From an uncultured Gemmatimonadaceae bacterium (GTDB lineage: Bacteria; Gemmatimonadota; Gemmatimonadetes; Gemmatimonadales; Gemmatimonadaceae): a stretch of 64,000 nt of DNA. The translations under genes and the position numbers were made by a program. The stretch spans positions 768,001 to 832,000 of the forward strand of contig CAWFQK010000002.1 in NCBI GenBank assembly GCA_963817955.1. Reading direction: 5' to 3'. Under the pieces are notes generated by a model. It was not told where the DNA came from. It saw nothing but the letters and a program-made list of their open reading frames with translations, and did not search any database. Shown one piece after another: positions 40,901 through 50,800 of this stretch (positions are counted from its first letter, which is position 1; the number at the start of each line of letters is the position of its first letter).

Positions 40901-41302
40901 TCACGAGGCCACGGCGCGCTGCATCGCGAGATTCCGCTCCACCGCCCTGGATAAGGTGGGCAGATCGAATGGCTTCTCGACGTAATCGTCGGCGCCGAAC
41001 TGCAGCGCCTCGCGCTTGTCCTGCCAGTCGTCCAGTGCCGTCACCATGATGATGCGCACCGTACGGCCGAGGGTGGGATGCTGTTTCATCACACGGCAGA
41101 CCTCCCAGCCGTCGCGGCCCGGCATCATCACGTCGAGCAACACGAGCACCGGTCGCACCGTCTCGAACAGCGCGAGCGCTTCGTCGCCACTGTGCGCCAC
41201 CGTAACGGGATAGCCGCGGAGTTCGAGATATTGGCGGATGATCTCGGCGTTGTCGTAGTTGTCATCGACCACCAGAATTGGAGGTTTCGCTACAGGAGTC
41301 AT
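40901..41302 (-). CDS. Single-domain response regulator
   Basis: ILVVDD, LLDVMMPGRDG, MVTA, KPF. Confidence 0.9.
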   Translation of the reverse strand: MTPVAKPPILVVDDNYDNAEIIRQYLELRGYPVTVAHSGDEALALFETVRPVLVLLDVMMPGRDGWEVCRVMKQHPTLGRTVRIIMVTALDDWQDKREALQFGADDYVEKPFDLPTLSRAVERNLAMQRAVAS

Positions 41303-41384
41303 GGAACTGCCTGGTGTGCTCCGTTGATGCGGTGCACGCCCCAGCGCACACCATCGCATCTATAATGGGCAAATCACAAGCCAT

Positions 41385-42182
41385 CTACCGCTGCCCGAAG
41401 GCATAGGAGACACCCAGCGCGTACGCCGTGCCGCTCGGGCCACCCAATCCCTTGGCCCTCGTCGCGCCAAATTCGACACCTGCGGTGGCGCCCAGAGCGT
41501 TCGTGATGCCAACATCGGCGCCAATCGCCGCACGGAACAGCCCGCTCGTCTTGCTGCCACCAGAAAAGAAAACGTAGGTGGGCGTGGCATACACAGACAA
41601 CCCATGCGTGCCACCAAACGATTGGCGCCAACCCAATGCGGCCCCGATCGGAATCTCGGTGCTCGTCGAGCTGGAGTCGAAGGTGATCGTCCCGCTGGTT
41701 GCGCCTGCCGGAATCGCGCATCCTACCGTTGATGCAGTGCAGAGTATGGTCGTGTGGGATGTCCGCGCACTGCCGCCACCAATCCCGGCAAATCCCGCGA
41801 ACCCAAAGTTGCTCGTTGATCTACCGAAGGGAATGGCGACGCGGGCGCCATATACGCCGCGCGAACTGCCGATTCCGGTCTGATACCCTGCTCCACCACT
41901 GAGCTGAAATCGTCCGCCTCCGGGGGTATACGACACGGCCGCCGCATACACGGAGCCGTTCGCGCCACCGCCGACATTCAAGGCACCTACACTACCGGGT
42001 GTCGCCCAGGCATTCTGGAGAACGGGCAATCCGCTGATCTGGGCGTCGGCAGAGGCACCTGAGATTGCCCCGGCAGCAGCGGCGACGAGAGTTGCCCGCA
42101 GCAACCGGTGACCGAATGACTGAGATCGTCCGGCGCCTTGCAGGTAAGAAGAGAGGTGGTAGAGGTGATAGAGCTGGTACAT
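41385..42182 (-). CDS. Hypothetical exported protein, probably a small outer-membrane beta-barrel; start uncertain
   Basis: Signal-like segment ending ASADAQ; beta-strand pattern; C-terminal LGVSYAF. Confidence 0.55.
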   Translation of the reverse strand: MYQLYHLYHLSSYLQGAGRSQSFGHRLLRATLVAAAAGAISGASADAQISGLPVLQNAWATPGSVGALNVGGGANGSVYAAAVSYTPGGGRFQLSGGAGYQTGIGSSRGVYGARVAIPFGRSTSNFGFAGFAGIGGGSARTSHTTILCTASTVGCAIPAGATSGTITFDSSSTSTEIPIGAALGWRQSFGGTHGLSVYATPTYVFFSGGSKTSGLFRAAIGADVGITNALGATAGVEFGATRAKGLGGPSGTAYALGVSYAFGQR

Positions 42183-42354
42183 GGTTTCAGATCCGTGATC
42201 TCGGGTGAAACGCCGGAGCGCAAGCATCGTGCAAACCGAGCCGCTGAATCCACCAGTTCGCTGAGCCGTAAGTGGGCAGAGTACTACCTGACCCTTGACC
42301 AGCCCCGAAAAGGGCCACAACGTGATGGCCCCCACCATTTCTCCGAGGACACCT

Positions 42355-43128
42355 ATGCCGCAGGCACCTGTTCTGGCACTGCTAGCGGCTGCCGTCCTGT
42401 CCATGGGTGGCCGCCCCGCGGGAGCGCAGGCTCCGGGTCAGCCTGCGCGACCGAGCGCCGCGCTCGTCGGTTGGATACGCGATTCGCTCGGCGCGCCGAT
42501 CGATCGCGCTGATATTGGTGTGGAATTGAACAATGTGTGGGCGCGTACCGATTCGACCGGCCGGTTCAGACTGGGCAACCTCGTGCCCGGGAAGACGACG
42601 ATCATTGTGCGGCGGTTCGGTTTTGAGCCGCAGCACTTCGACTTCGAGCTGCACGCGTCGAGTGAGGATAGCGTCGCCGTGACGATGAACGCCTACGCAC
42701 ATACGCTTCCGGGCGTACGCACGGAAGAGGCGGTCACGCGCCAGCAGCAGGCACTGCAAGATTTCGATCGCCGTCGCGCGCACGGTGGGGGCCTGTTCGT
42801 GACGCGCGCCGATATCGAGCGGCATCAAACGAGCGTGTTGAGCGAGACGGTCCGCGAACTGCCCGGCGTGCGAATCGTACGCGGGGGTCGTTCGCGCTCG
42901 GGATTGCGCTTCGATTCGTCGAACTCGCGAGCCCACGATTGTCCGCCGCTATACTGGCTCGACGGACGTCACGTCACCGGAGTCGACATCGACGACTTTC
43001 CCGCCTGGGACGTGGAAGCGATCGAACTGTACACCGGCCCAGCGTCTACCCCAGCGCAGTTCTCGCTAGGGAACGTCGTGACATGCGGGACCGTGGTGAT
43101 CTGGACCCGGGTGCCGGGGAAGCCGTAA
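42355..43128 (+). CDS. Carboxypeptidase-regulatory-like plus TonB plug-like domain protein without a barrel
   Basis: TDSTGRFRL, VRRFGF, LPGVRI, YWLDG, DVEAIELY, CGTVVIWTR; GAGGA RBS. Confidence 0.7.
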   Translation: MPQAPVLALLAAAVLSMGGRPAGAQAPGQPARPSAALVGWIRDSLGAPIDRADIGVELNNVWARTDSTGRFRLGNLVPGKTTIIVRRFGFEPQHFDFELHASSEDSVAVTMNAYAHTLPGVRTEEAVTRQQQALQDFDRRRAHGGGLFVTRADIERHQTSVLSETVRELPGVRIVRGGRSRSGLRFDSSNSRAHDCPPLYWLDGRHVTGVDIDDFPAWDVEAIELYTGPASTPAQFSLGNVVTCGTVVIWTRVPGKP

Positions 43129-43131
43129 GGG

Positions 43132-44625
43132 GGGGACACGGGTGTGAGACACGGGACACGGGACACGGGACAGGGGAAACTCACAACGCACAACTCACAA
43201 CTGGACACTCGGAACTCGCCGACCGGCGGGCCGACCGCGACGGAGCAGCCAGCGACATCCCGCCGGTCAACACCTGGAGTCCAATCCGATCGCCCAGGTC
43301 CTTCGCTCAGGAGGACAGGCCGTCGCGGGTAGCGTAATCAGTGGTGAGTTGTCAGTGGTGAGTTGTCAGTTGTCAGTATACAGGTCATGCGCACCAGGGC
43401 GCCTGGCTCGCAGGCCACTATCGCCGGTCGGCGAGGTTCGGGTGTCCAGTTGTGAGTCGTGAGTTGTGAGTTGTAAAAACGGACCCCGCGCGACCACCCT
43501 GCACAATTCTATTTCGCTGTGAACGCGACGCCCGACTCAATGTCACCGAACCTTCGCGGAGGGCAATAGGGCTGCCCGATCAATTCCTTCCCTTTCGCTC
43601 GGAATTGTCGCATCACGATGCAGTCTGGCGAGGTGGACGTCTCGGAATGTGGGCGATTGGTAAGCGGAATGAAGCCACCGCGCCCGATCCTGGCCCGCCG
43701 CGGGTGGCCGTTACTCGGCCGCGGCCAAGAGTAACGCTGCCGCGCGCGGTTCCCGAACGCGCCGCGGCCTTGATCCGTCATGTCGCGCTATCGATCTGCG
43801 TACCGCGCTATCGGTCCGCCATGGCGCGCTATAGATCTGCGTGCCGCGCTGTCGATCCGCATGCCGCGCGCAGGCCGCAGAACTCCGCGAGATGAAGTCG
43901 GCGTACCGCGCGAGCGGCGGCCGTGCCAATCCAAGTCGGTGGGGTAGGCGCAAGGACAGCCGGTGTTGCCGCGCGCGCCGGTCGGATGCCGCCGAAATTT
44001 GAGCCGTACCGCGCATGGCCCCCCACGCGCAAACGCTGTCCCCCGGCGCCCCGCGCCGGATGCGACCACGCCGCGAGTTGCGTCCGGCGCTCCGCCGTCG
44101 GAGGCCAGAAGCCGCGGCGAGAGCACGTTGCGCCGCGCCCGGGAGCCTGACGCCACGGCCGGTCGGTGCACCGGGGATTGGCCCCCGGGTGTTGACCGGC
44201 GGGATGTCGCTGGCTGCTCCATAGCGTTCGGCCCACCGGTCGGCGAGTTCCGCGTTTCCAGTGATGAGTGATGCGTTGTTAAAAACTCACAACTCACGAC
44301 TCACAATTGGGCACCCGAACCTCGCCGACCGGCGATAGTGGCCTGCGAGCCAGGCACCCTGGTGCGCATGACCCGTATACTGACAACTCACAACTCACCA
44401 CTGACAACTCACCACTGATTACGCTGCCCGCGACGGCCTGTCCTCCTGAGCGAAGGACCTGGGAGATCGGATTGGACTCTGGGTATTGACCGACTGGATG
44501 TCGCTGGCTGCTCCGTACCGGTCGGCCCACCGGTCGGCGAGTTCCGAGTGTCCAGTTGTGAGTTGTGCGTTGTGAGTGTCCCGTGTCCCGTGTCCCGTGT
44601 CCCAGGACCGTGTCTCGTGTCCCAG
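43132..44625. mobile_element. Large nested inverted-repeat element between convergent genes
   Basis: 294-bp arms 43179-43472 / 44284-44577 (15 mismatches, no indels by manual alignment); outer GGGACAC arrays; partial third arm copy at 44175-44279. Confidence 0.7.
43675..44170. repeat. Phased degenerate tandem array, about 24 units of 20-22 bp with a CCGCG core
   Basis: CCGCG or a near match recurs every 20-22 nt from 43678 to 44153. Confidence 0.75.
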
Positions 44626-44642
44626 GACAGTTGCCCCACGAC

Positions 44643-44675
44643 AAAAAAAAGAGCCCGCCGAAGCGGGCTCTCTTT
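44643..44675 (-). terminator. Intrinsic terminator of the SusC/D operon
   Basis: gagcccgc-cgaa-gcgggctc followed by T8 on the minus strand. Confidence 0.88.
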
Positions 44676-44697
44676 ATTCACAACCTACTAACGTCGA

Positions 44698-45546
44698 TCA
44701 CATCCCGGCGGGCAGCATCGGGAAGTTGTCCTGCATCCATTTCACACCGGCCGTGGTGTTCGCCGCGGCAAGACTGCCAGTGACTGACGGCGGGAAGATG
44801 AATGCCGTCAACATGCTACCGGCGATCGAGTAGCCGCCGAGTGCGCTCTGCGACACCGAGGCGGGCGTGGCGCCGATTGGCGCTAGAGCCGTCGCAGACA
44901 CCGTGGTGGAACCATTGGGAGTCGCCGCAAACGTCAGCGAGCCAGTGGCGAGGAGCTTGTACGCCGAGCTAGTGCCGTACGCAACACCCGTAAAGAGCGG
45001 TGAGCCAGTCGCGGTGGCGAGCGGGTACACGTCAGCGCTGGTGATGGTCGGCGCAGCGTTGATGGCACGCACGGCGATCTGCGTGCTCGACCCGGCAGCC
45101 GAGCGATCGTCTGTGAGGACGATCAGACCCTGCTTCGGCGACGCACCGGTGCGCGAGTAGCCGGCGTGGATGATGGTGTAGTACACGCCCGCCTGGAACG
45201 TGAGCGTCGTGTCGACGAACGTCTGCGAGACGACGGTGATATCCGCTTCGTTTGCCGTGCCCGCGTCAACACGCGGATCCACGGAGAAGATGCGAATGTG
45301 ACGCGCACCAGCGGCAACTGGCTGATACGCCGAGATGTCACGGAAGGCGAGTTGGCCAAAGTACGGGGAGCCGGCCACCTGATCGACGAACCTGAAGTCC
45401 GTCTTGTTCGTGTCCGGAATGGCATTGATATAGCGGACGGAGGCAACCGCTCCGGGGCTGATCGTTGTCGGACCAGTATCGCCGCTTGTGCACGCCGCCA
45501 ATACCGAGCCGGCGACGGCCAGCAACGCGAGTCGCTGCAGTTTCAT
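44698..45546 (-). CDS. Lipoprotein, DUF4397-like
   Basis: Lipobox LAAC; VRYINAIPD and VRAINAAP repeats. Confidence 0.7.
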   Translation of the reverse strand: MKLQRLALLAVAGSVLAACTSGDTGPTTISPGAVASVRYINAIPDTNKTDFRFVDQVAGSPYFGQLAFRDISAYQPVAAGARHIRIFSVDPRVDAGTANEADITVVSQTFVDTTLTFQAGVYYTIIHAGYSRTGASPKQGLIVLTDDRSAAGSSTQIAVRAINAAPTITSADVYPLATATGSPLFTGVAYGTSSAYKLLATGSLTFAATPNGSTTVSATALAPIGATPASVSQSALGGYSIAGSMLTAFIFPPSVTGSLAAANTTAGVKWMQDNFPMLPAGM

Positions 45547-45594
45547 ACTAGTGAACTCCACGAGAGAGTGATTCGAGAAGCGTAAAGACGTTTA

Positions 45595-46074
45595 TCACCA
45601 CGGCACCTTCGAGGTGGCGCCAATAGGAGTGCGTGACGTATCCGACGTCTGCTCTGTTGCACTACCGGTGAGCGTCCGAGTCAGCACGAACGCCGTGACA
45701 CCGGCGATCACTACTCCGGCAAACAACGCGGTCTTTCCGCGCGAGAACTGGCGTTGGCGCGAAGTCGCCACGTCGTTCACCGGAATGCTGACTCGTTCAC
45801 CTCCCCAGTAAGCCGTGCCACCACGGATCGTGGTGACCTGGCTGACGCCGAGGACGTACTGATCATTCGTGACCTGTTGCAGCGTTCCTTCGATCGTCAG
45901 GACGCCCGGGCCGAGCTGGTTACCCAGCGCTGCCCGGCCGGCATCGGTCAGATCCAACTCTACCGTCTGCCCGACCTCGGGGCGCGCTTCCGCAATCGGC
46001 TGATACGTGTAACAGCCAACCTGCAGCAGCATTAACGCCCCCAGAACCGCACCCGACGACCGACGCTGATTCAT
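45595..46074 (-). CDS. Hypothetical lipoprotein with a C-terminal TM segment
   Basis: VGCYTY lipobox; start overlaps the SusD-like stop (TGATG). Confidence 0.7.
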   Translation of the reverse strand: MNQRRSSGAVLGALMLLQVGCYTYQPIAEARPEVGQTVELDLTDAGRAALGNQLGPGVLTIEGTLQQVTNDQYVLGVSQVTTIRGGTAYWGGERVSIPVNDVATSRQRQFSRGKTALFAGVVIAGVTAFVLTRTLTGSATEQTSDTSRTPIGATSKVPW

Positions 46075-47744
46075 CAGAATCCGTACGTGCCCTTTGCTGC
46101 GGCAGACTGCCCGCCGACGCCACCGAGGTTGTAGAAAGCCTGGGCACGCGTATCCATTTCCTGATACGGTACCGGCCACTCGAGCGCCGTGCCTTCCGCC
46201 AGGTCACCCCAGCCGCGGGCATCGAAGTACCACTGCGCGTAACCGGTGTACGCCGTCTCCATTCGCTTCTCCCACTTCATCGTCTCCATGATGGCACCGC
46301 ACACGGTGACGTTCCCAGCGCTCGTCGGAACGCGCGGCACACACGCACTACCAGTGTTGCCACCGTCCGCCTGGGCGAGGACTGCAGGCAAGCCTGCCTT
46401 CTGGCGAGACTTGTTGATCAGCGCCGCGGCGGTAGCGAAATCACCCTTTCGGATGGAGCCCTCGGCCGCGAGCATGTCGTTCTCCACCTTGGAGAACTCG
46501 ATCCACGGACCGACGCCGTTGTTGTCGTAAATCGCTTTGAAGCGGAAGAAATCGTAGTACGACGATCCCCACGGGTCACCCGGCGGGTCTGCGCTCGTAC
46601 GGTTCCGCATGTACGGGTACGCCGTGTAAGTCCAGGTCGACGGCGAGGCCGCCTGCTGAGCAGTACGCGTTTCGCCGCTTGGGAAGCGCTTGTCCGGCGT
46701 CTTGATGAGGAACATGGGACGAGCCCCGAGCGGCTGCGCCACCCAGTTTGTGTAGCCGCCCGATGTGTCGGCCATGCCGAAGATCATCGGCGTTATCTCG
46801 CTCCATCCCGAGGCGTTCGACGCAAACATCTGCGAGCCGAGCCAGCTCAGCGACCAGCCGGCCGAGCTGTTGATCGTCACCGCGAGATCCGTCTGGATGC
46901 CGGCGGTCGCGTCGGCGATCACTGAGGTCCAATCCACCGCGGCGCGTTCGGCAGGCGTGCGCGCCACCCCGGCGCGGAAACGCGCCTTGAACGAATGAAT
47001 CAGCGCGACGAACTGCGCCTGGCTGTACGTGCCGCTCGCCAGATTGATGTAATTGGCCGGGAGCGGGAAGCCCGCGGTCGCCTTGGCGTCCGAGGCGAGC
47101 GCGAGCGCCGTGTCCAACGACGCGAGCGCTGCCTTCATGACGTCTCCGTGTGCGCTCAGCAGCGGAATTGCGTCACCCGGCGTGGCCGGCGTGGTGATCG
47201 CGGCTGAGTCGTACGTCATCGCAAGGTAGCCAAGCGAAAGGCCGTTCTCGAAGAATGCGAACGAGCGTGCGCGCTGGTCCTGCGCCGGAAGCAGCGTTGC
47301 GTCGGAAATGTTGCCGGTGGGGCTGCCAAGGTGGAGGCCCGCACCAGTCAGCTTGTCCAGCGCCTGTACGTAGTTTGCCGAGTACCGCGCCTGCTGCGCC
47401 ATCTTGCTGAAGTCGCGGTTGTCTTCGGCATAGGTGAAGTTGTTGCGGCTGTTGTCAACGAACCCGCGTGGCAGCGCCTCGCGGAGCGCCATGCCGAAGT
47501 TCGCCACCGTGGCGTAGTTCTCGAAAGCGACTGCTTGGAGCTGCGGATCCAGGGCCGACGAGGTTCCAAACAGACCCCCGTGGATCTGTGCGAAGCCTGT
47601 CGCGATCAGCTGATCCAGCACGGCCGGCGTGGAATAGGAGCGCGCGATGTCCGGAGAGTTGTTGTTCGGAACATTGAGCGAATCCTTGCACGCGGTCGAT
47701 GCTAGCGCAGCTGCGCAAGCAAGCCCGGTTACCAACTTTCTCAT
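46074..47744 (-). CDS. RagB/SusD-like outer-membrane lipoprotein
   Basis: Lipobox STAC; lies downstream of SusC; WEKRME..YFDARGWGDL..PVP C-terminal motif. Confidence 0.8.
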   Translation of the reverse strand: MRKLVTGLACAAALASTACKDSLNVPNNNSPDIARSYSTPAVLDQLIATGFAQIHGGLFGTSSALDPQLQAVAFENYATVANFGMALREALPRGFVDNSRNNFTYAEDNRDFSKMAQQARYSANYVQALDKLTGAGLHLGSPTGNISDATLLPAQDQRARSFAFFENGLSLGYLAMTYDSAAITTPATPGDAIPLLSAHGDVMKAALASLDTALALASDAKATAGFPLPANYINLASGTYSQAQFVALIHSFKARFRAGVARTPAERAAVDWTSVIADATAGIQTDLAVTINSSAGWSLSWLGSQMFASNASGWSEITPMIFGMADTSGGYTNWVAQPLGARPMFLIKTPDKRFPSGETRTAQQAASPSTWTYTAYPYMRNRTSADPPGDPWGSSYYDFFRFKAIYDNNGVGPWIEFSKVENDMLAAEGSIRKGDFATAAALINKSRQKAGLPAVLAQADGGNTGSACVPRVPTSAGNVTVCGAIMETMKWEKRMETAYTGYAQWYFDARGWGDLAEGTALEWPVPYQEMDTRAQAFYNLGGVGGQSAAAKGTYGF

Positions 47745-47826
47745 GTGATTTCCTCTGCTATGAGATCCCGGTCGTCGTGCCGGATCTCGATGACTCGAGA
47801 GTCCGGCCCGCGCGACTAGGGGATGG

Positions 47827-50800
47827 TTAGAACTTGCTGGACAGGGAGACTGTGAACTGGCGCATCGGTGGGAAGGTGTAGGCATCGAGGGCATTCACGA
47901 TGGCCGAGCCGCTCGTGCCACCCCCATACCCAACTTCCGGATCAAAGCCTGTGTACTTGGTCCAAGTTTTCAGGTTGCGACCGACGAGCGAGACCGACCA
48001 GTCACCCGTGTGGCGAACCGGGCCGATGTTGTACGACAGATTGAGCTCGCGAAGCTTGACGAAGCTCGCATCCTCAACCGTGTTGTTGTTCGGGCCGAGG
48101 ACGTCATACAGACCACCGATGCCCGAGTTCTCCTGCGGGCCCGTGCGCCAGTAATAGCCGATTGGCTTTGCGTCTGCGAGGCCTTTGCCGGCCATATCGG
48201 TCTCGGCGAGTTGGAAGTCGCCCAGCGACCACTGACGGCCCATGTTCCACACGTGCCGGCCGAAATTGCCATCGAACAAGCCGTACAAGAAGAGTCTCTT
48301 GTAGTTGAAGGTCTGCGTGTTCGACAAGCGGAAGTTCGGCAACGCGTTCCCGAGCAGGATGTGGGTGTTCGCGGAACCGCTCGAATCACGGATCGTGATC
48401 GGCGTGCCCCAGTTGACCGACGTCCCCCACGGGGCGTTGACCGTGCCGCCCTTGGCCTTGCAGTTCACGTCGCCCTGCGTCGAGACTGCAGCGCCGCCCA
48501 CCAGACAGGAAACCAGGCCGCTCTGCCAAAGATTGCTCGTGATGCCTTGGTCCAAGCTCTTGCCGCCCGTCCAGACGATGAAACCATCGTTGTTCTTCTG
48601 GAACTGCGACCCCGAACCGCCGCACTGCGCCGCAAAAGCCGCCGGGAGATCGCCGCAGCTCTTGGCAAACGCGCGTCCGTAGAAGTTGCCGTACCGCTCG
48701 CCTTGCGCCGCATAGAAGATGTTGCCGGCGTTCTGATAGCTCGTTCCGTACGGGAACGGAGGCATGTTCAGCTGCGTGATGACGGAGCGGTTGCGGTCGT
48801 AGTTGAAGCGCATCGACCAGCTGCCGTTGCGCGCACTCAACACCGGAATATTCAAGGACGCTTCCAACGTCTTGTTCTGCAACGTGCCCGCATTCTGCCA
48901 TTGGGTAGAGAAGCCCGTGGCTGCCGGCGGCGGAACCGGAAGGATCTGATCCTTCGCATTCGACACCGCGTAATTCACGGTGAGACCATAGCGGTTCAGC
49001 ACTTCGATATCGGTCCCGAGCTCGGTCTCTCCCACCGTTTCCGGCCGGAGGTTCTTGTTGCCGAGTTGGTTGGCCGACAGTGCGCCACCAGAGCCGATCG
49101 AGAATGTCTCGTACTGGGCAGAGAACGACGGACGACCGCCGGCCGTTCCGTACGACGCGCGCAGCTTGAACTGATCGATTGCGCCGAATAACCACCAGGG
49201 CTCCTCCGACACGATCCACGCCGCAGACTCGCGGGTGTAGTTCGCCCAGCGGTTGTCCGAGCCAAACAGGGAGCTGCCGTCGCGGCGCACCAAGCCACTC
49301 AGGATGTAGCGATCCTTGTACTCGAGATTGAGCTCGCTCATCATGCCGATGGAGCGAACTGACGAGGTGCTCGAGCTGATACCGATCGTCGTGTTATCGG
49401 AGACCGCGTTCAGCGTAACGAGACCCGGCGCGGCCAGTGCGCCACCACCCGCACCCGTGCTCCAACCGTCCTGCTGCTCATAGATGTAGCGGCCGGTGAG
49501 ACGGGTGGTCAGGCTGCCGAACTGGTGGTTCGCCATACCGGTCAGATCACCGTTGTACGCCGAGGTCAGATTTTGGCTGTTGGAGATGTATCCGTTGTTC
49601 GTGCCCGAATTCACGGCCGTCGTCCGGTAGCCCTTGTCATACTGATACAAGTAGAGATTCTGGGCGCGGTCGAAGCTCACGTTCCCTTCGAGGCTGCCCC
49701 ACGACACGGGCGACCACTTCGTGGTAAAGTCACTCAGGATACGACTGTTGTTGTTGCGGCTGATCTCGTTCGCCGCCAAGTACATTGGATTGGAGTTCTG
49801 GGCGCCTTGCGCCAAGGGGTTCGATCGAATGTACTGAAGACCCGATACCGGGTCCTTGCCGAGCAGGTTCACACCGGCCGGCGACCGCGTGATGGTGAAG
49901 AATACCCCGCCGCCGTCCTGTTCCGCCGCGCCGTTGTCCACCGACGCCGCGTAGTAGGTGCGAAGACCGAACGACCAATCGCTTCCGACGCTCTGGTCGA
50001 GATTCACCCGGACTGAATTCCGCTTGTAGCCGTCCATGAAACGGATGGCGTTCTGCTGCGACATGTTGTTGAAGCTGGCGAAGAAGTTCGTGCCGCCAAC
50101 GCGGCCCGACGCATCCACCGTGTTGTTCAGACTCGGCGCGCTCGTCGTCGCCTGGGCGATGGGATCGTACGTCGTCGGCCAGGTCTGGTTCGAGTAGAGG
50201 CCACGCAGCAGCACCTTGGTCGCCGCCGACGAGACACCGAAGTCGCGAGCGAAGTTCGCCGGCGACAATGCAAAGACGCCGCCGAGTTCATTCACCCGCT
50301 TGGTTTCGAGGCCAAAGTTGATCGCGATCTGACAGGTGGCGACGAGGCCGGTGCCGCCCTGATTGACGCAGAAGTTCTGGCCGTCCGGCGTCATCGTCAT
50401 GAACTGATCCTGGGCGTACGGATAGCCATGCTCGATGTTGCCGGCACCGGATTCGACCCGCGCGCTGAAATGGATGCCGTCGCCCGCGTTCTTGCCGTTC
50501 TTCGTCGTGATCTGGATGACGCCATTGCCGGCGCGCGATCCGTACAGCGACGAGGCAGCGGCACCCTTGACGATTTCGACGCTCTCGATGTCCTGCGGGT
50601 TGATGTCAGGCAGGGAGCCGACGATCTCGATGCCGTCGACGATGTACAGTGGGTTCTGGCTGCGGCCCGACGCATTGATCGACTGCGGTCCGCGAAGCAG
50701 AACCGCTGGCGAAGCGCCAGGACGGCCGCTCGTCTGCGCGATCGTGGCCCCAGGCACCTTACCCTGAATGGCCTGAAGCGGATCGGAGCCTGGAACCGGC

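Noticed and set aside
43675..44170. CRISPR array
   Set aside because: The conserved part is only about 5-9 nt, the spacers are about 12 nt, and there are no cas genes; it does not fit CRISPR geometry
43509..44297. Protein-coding ORFs inside the large inverted-repeat element
   Set aside because: Arg/Ala/Pro-rich translations of repeats, no RBS or domain, and the repeat period breaks the reading frame
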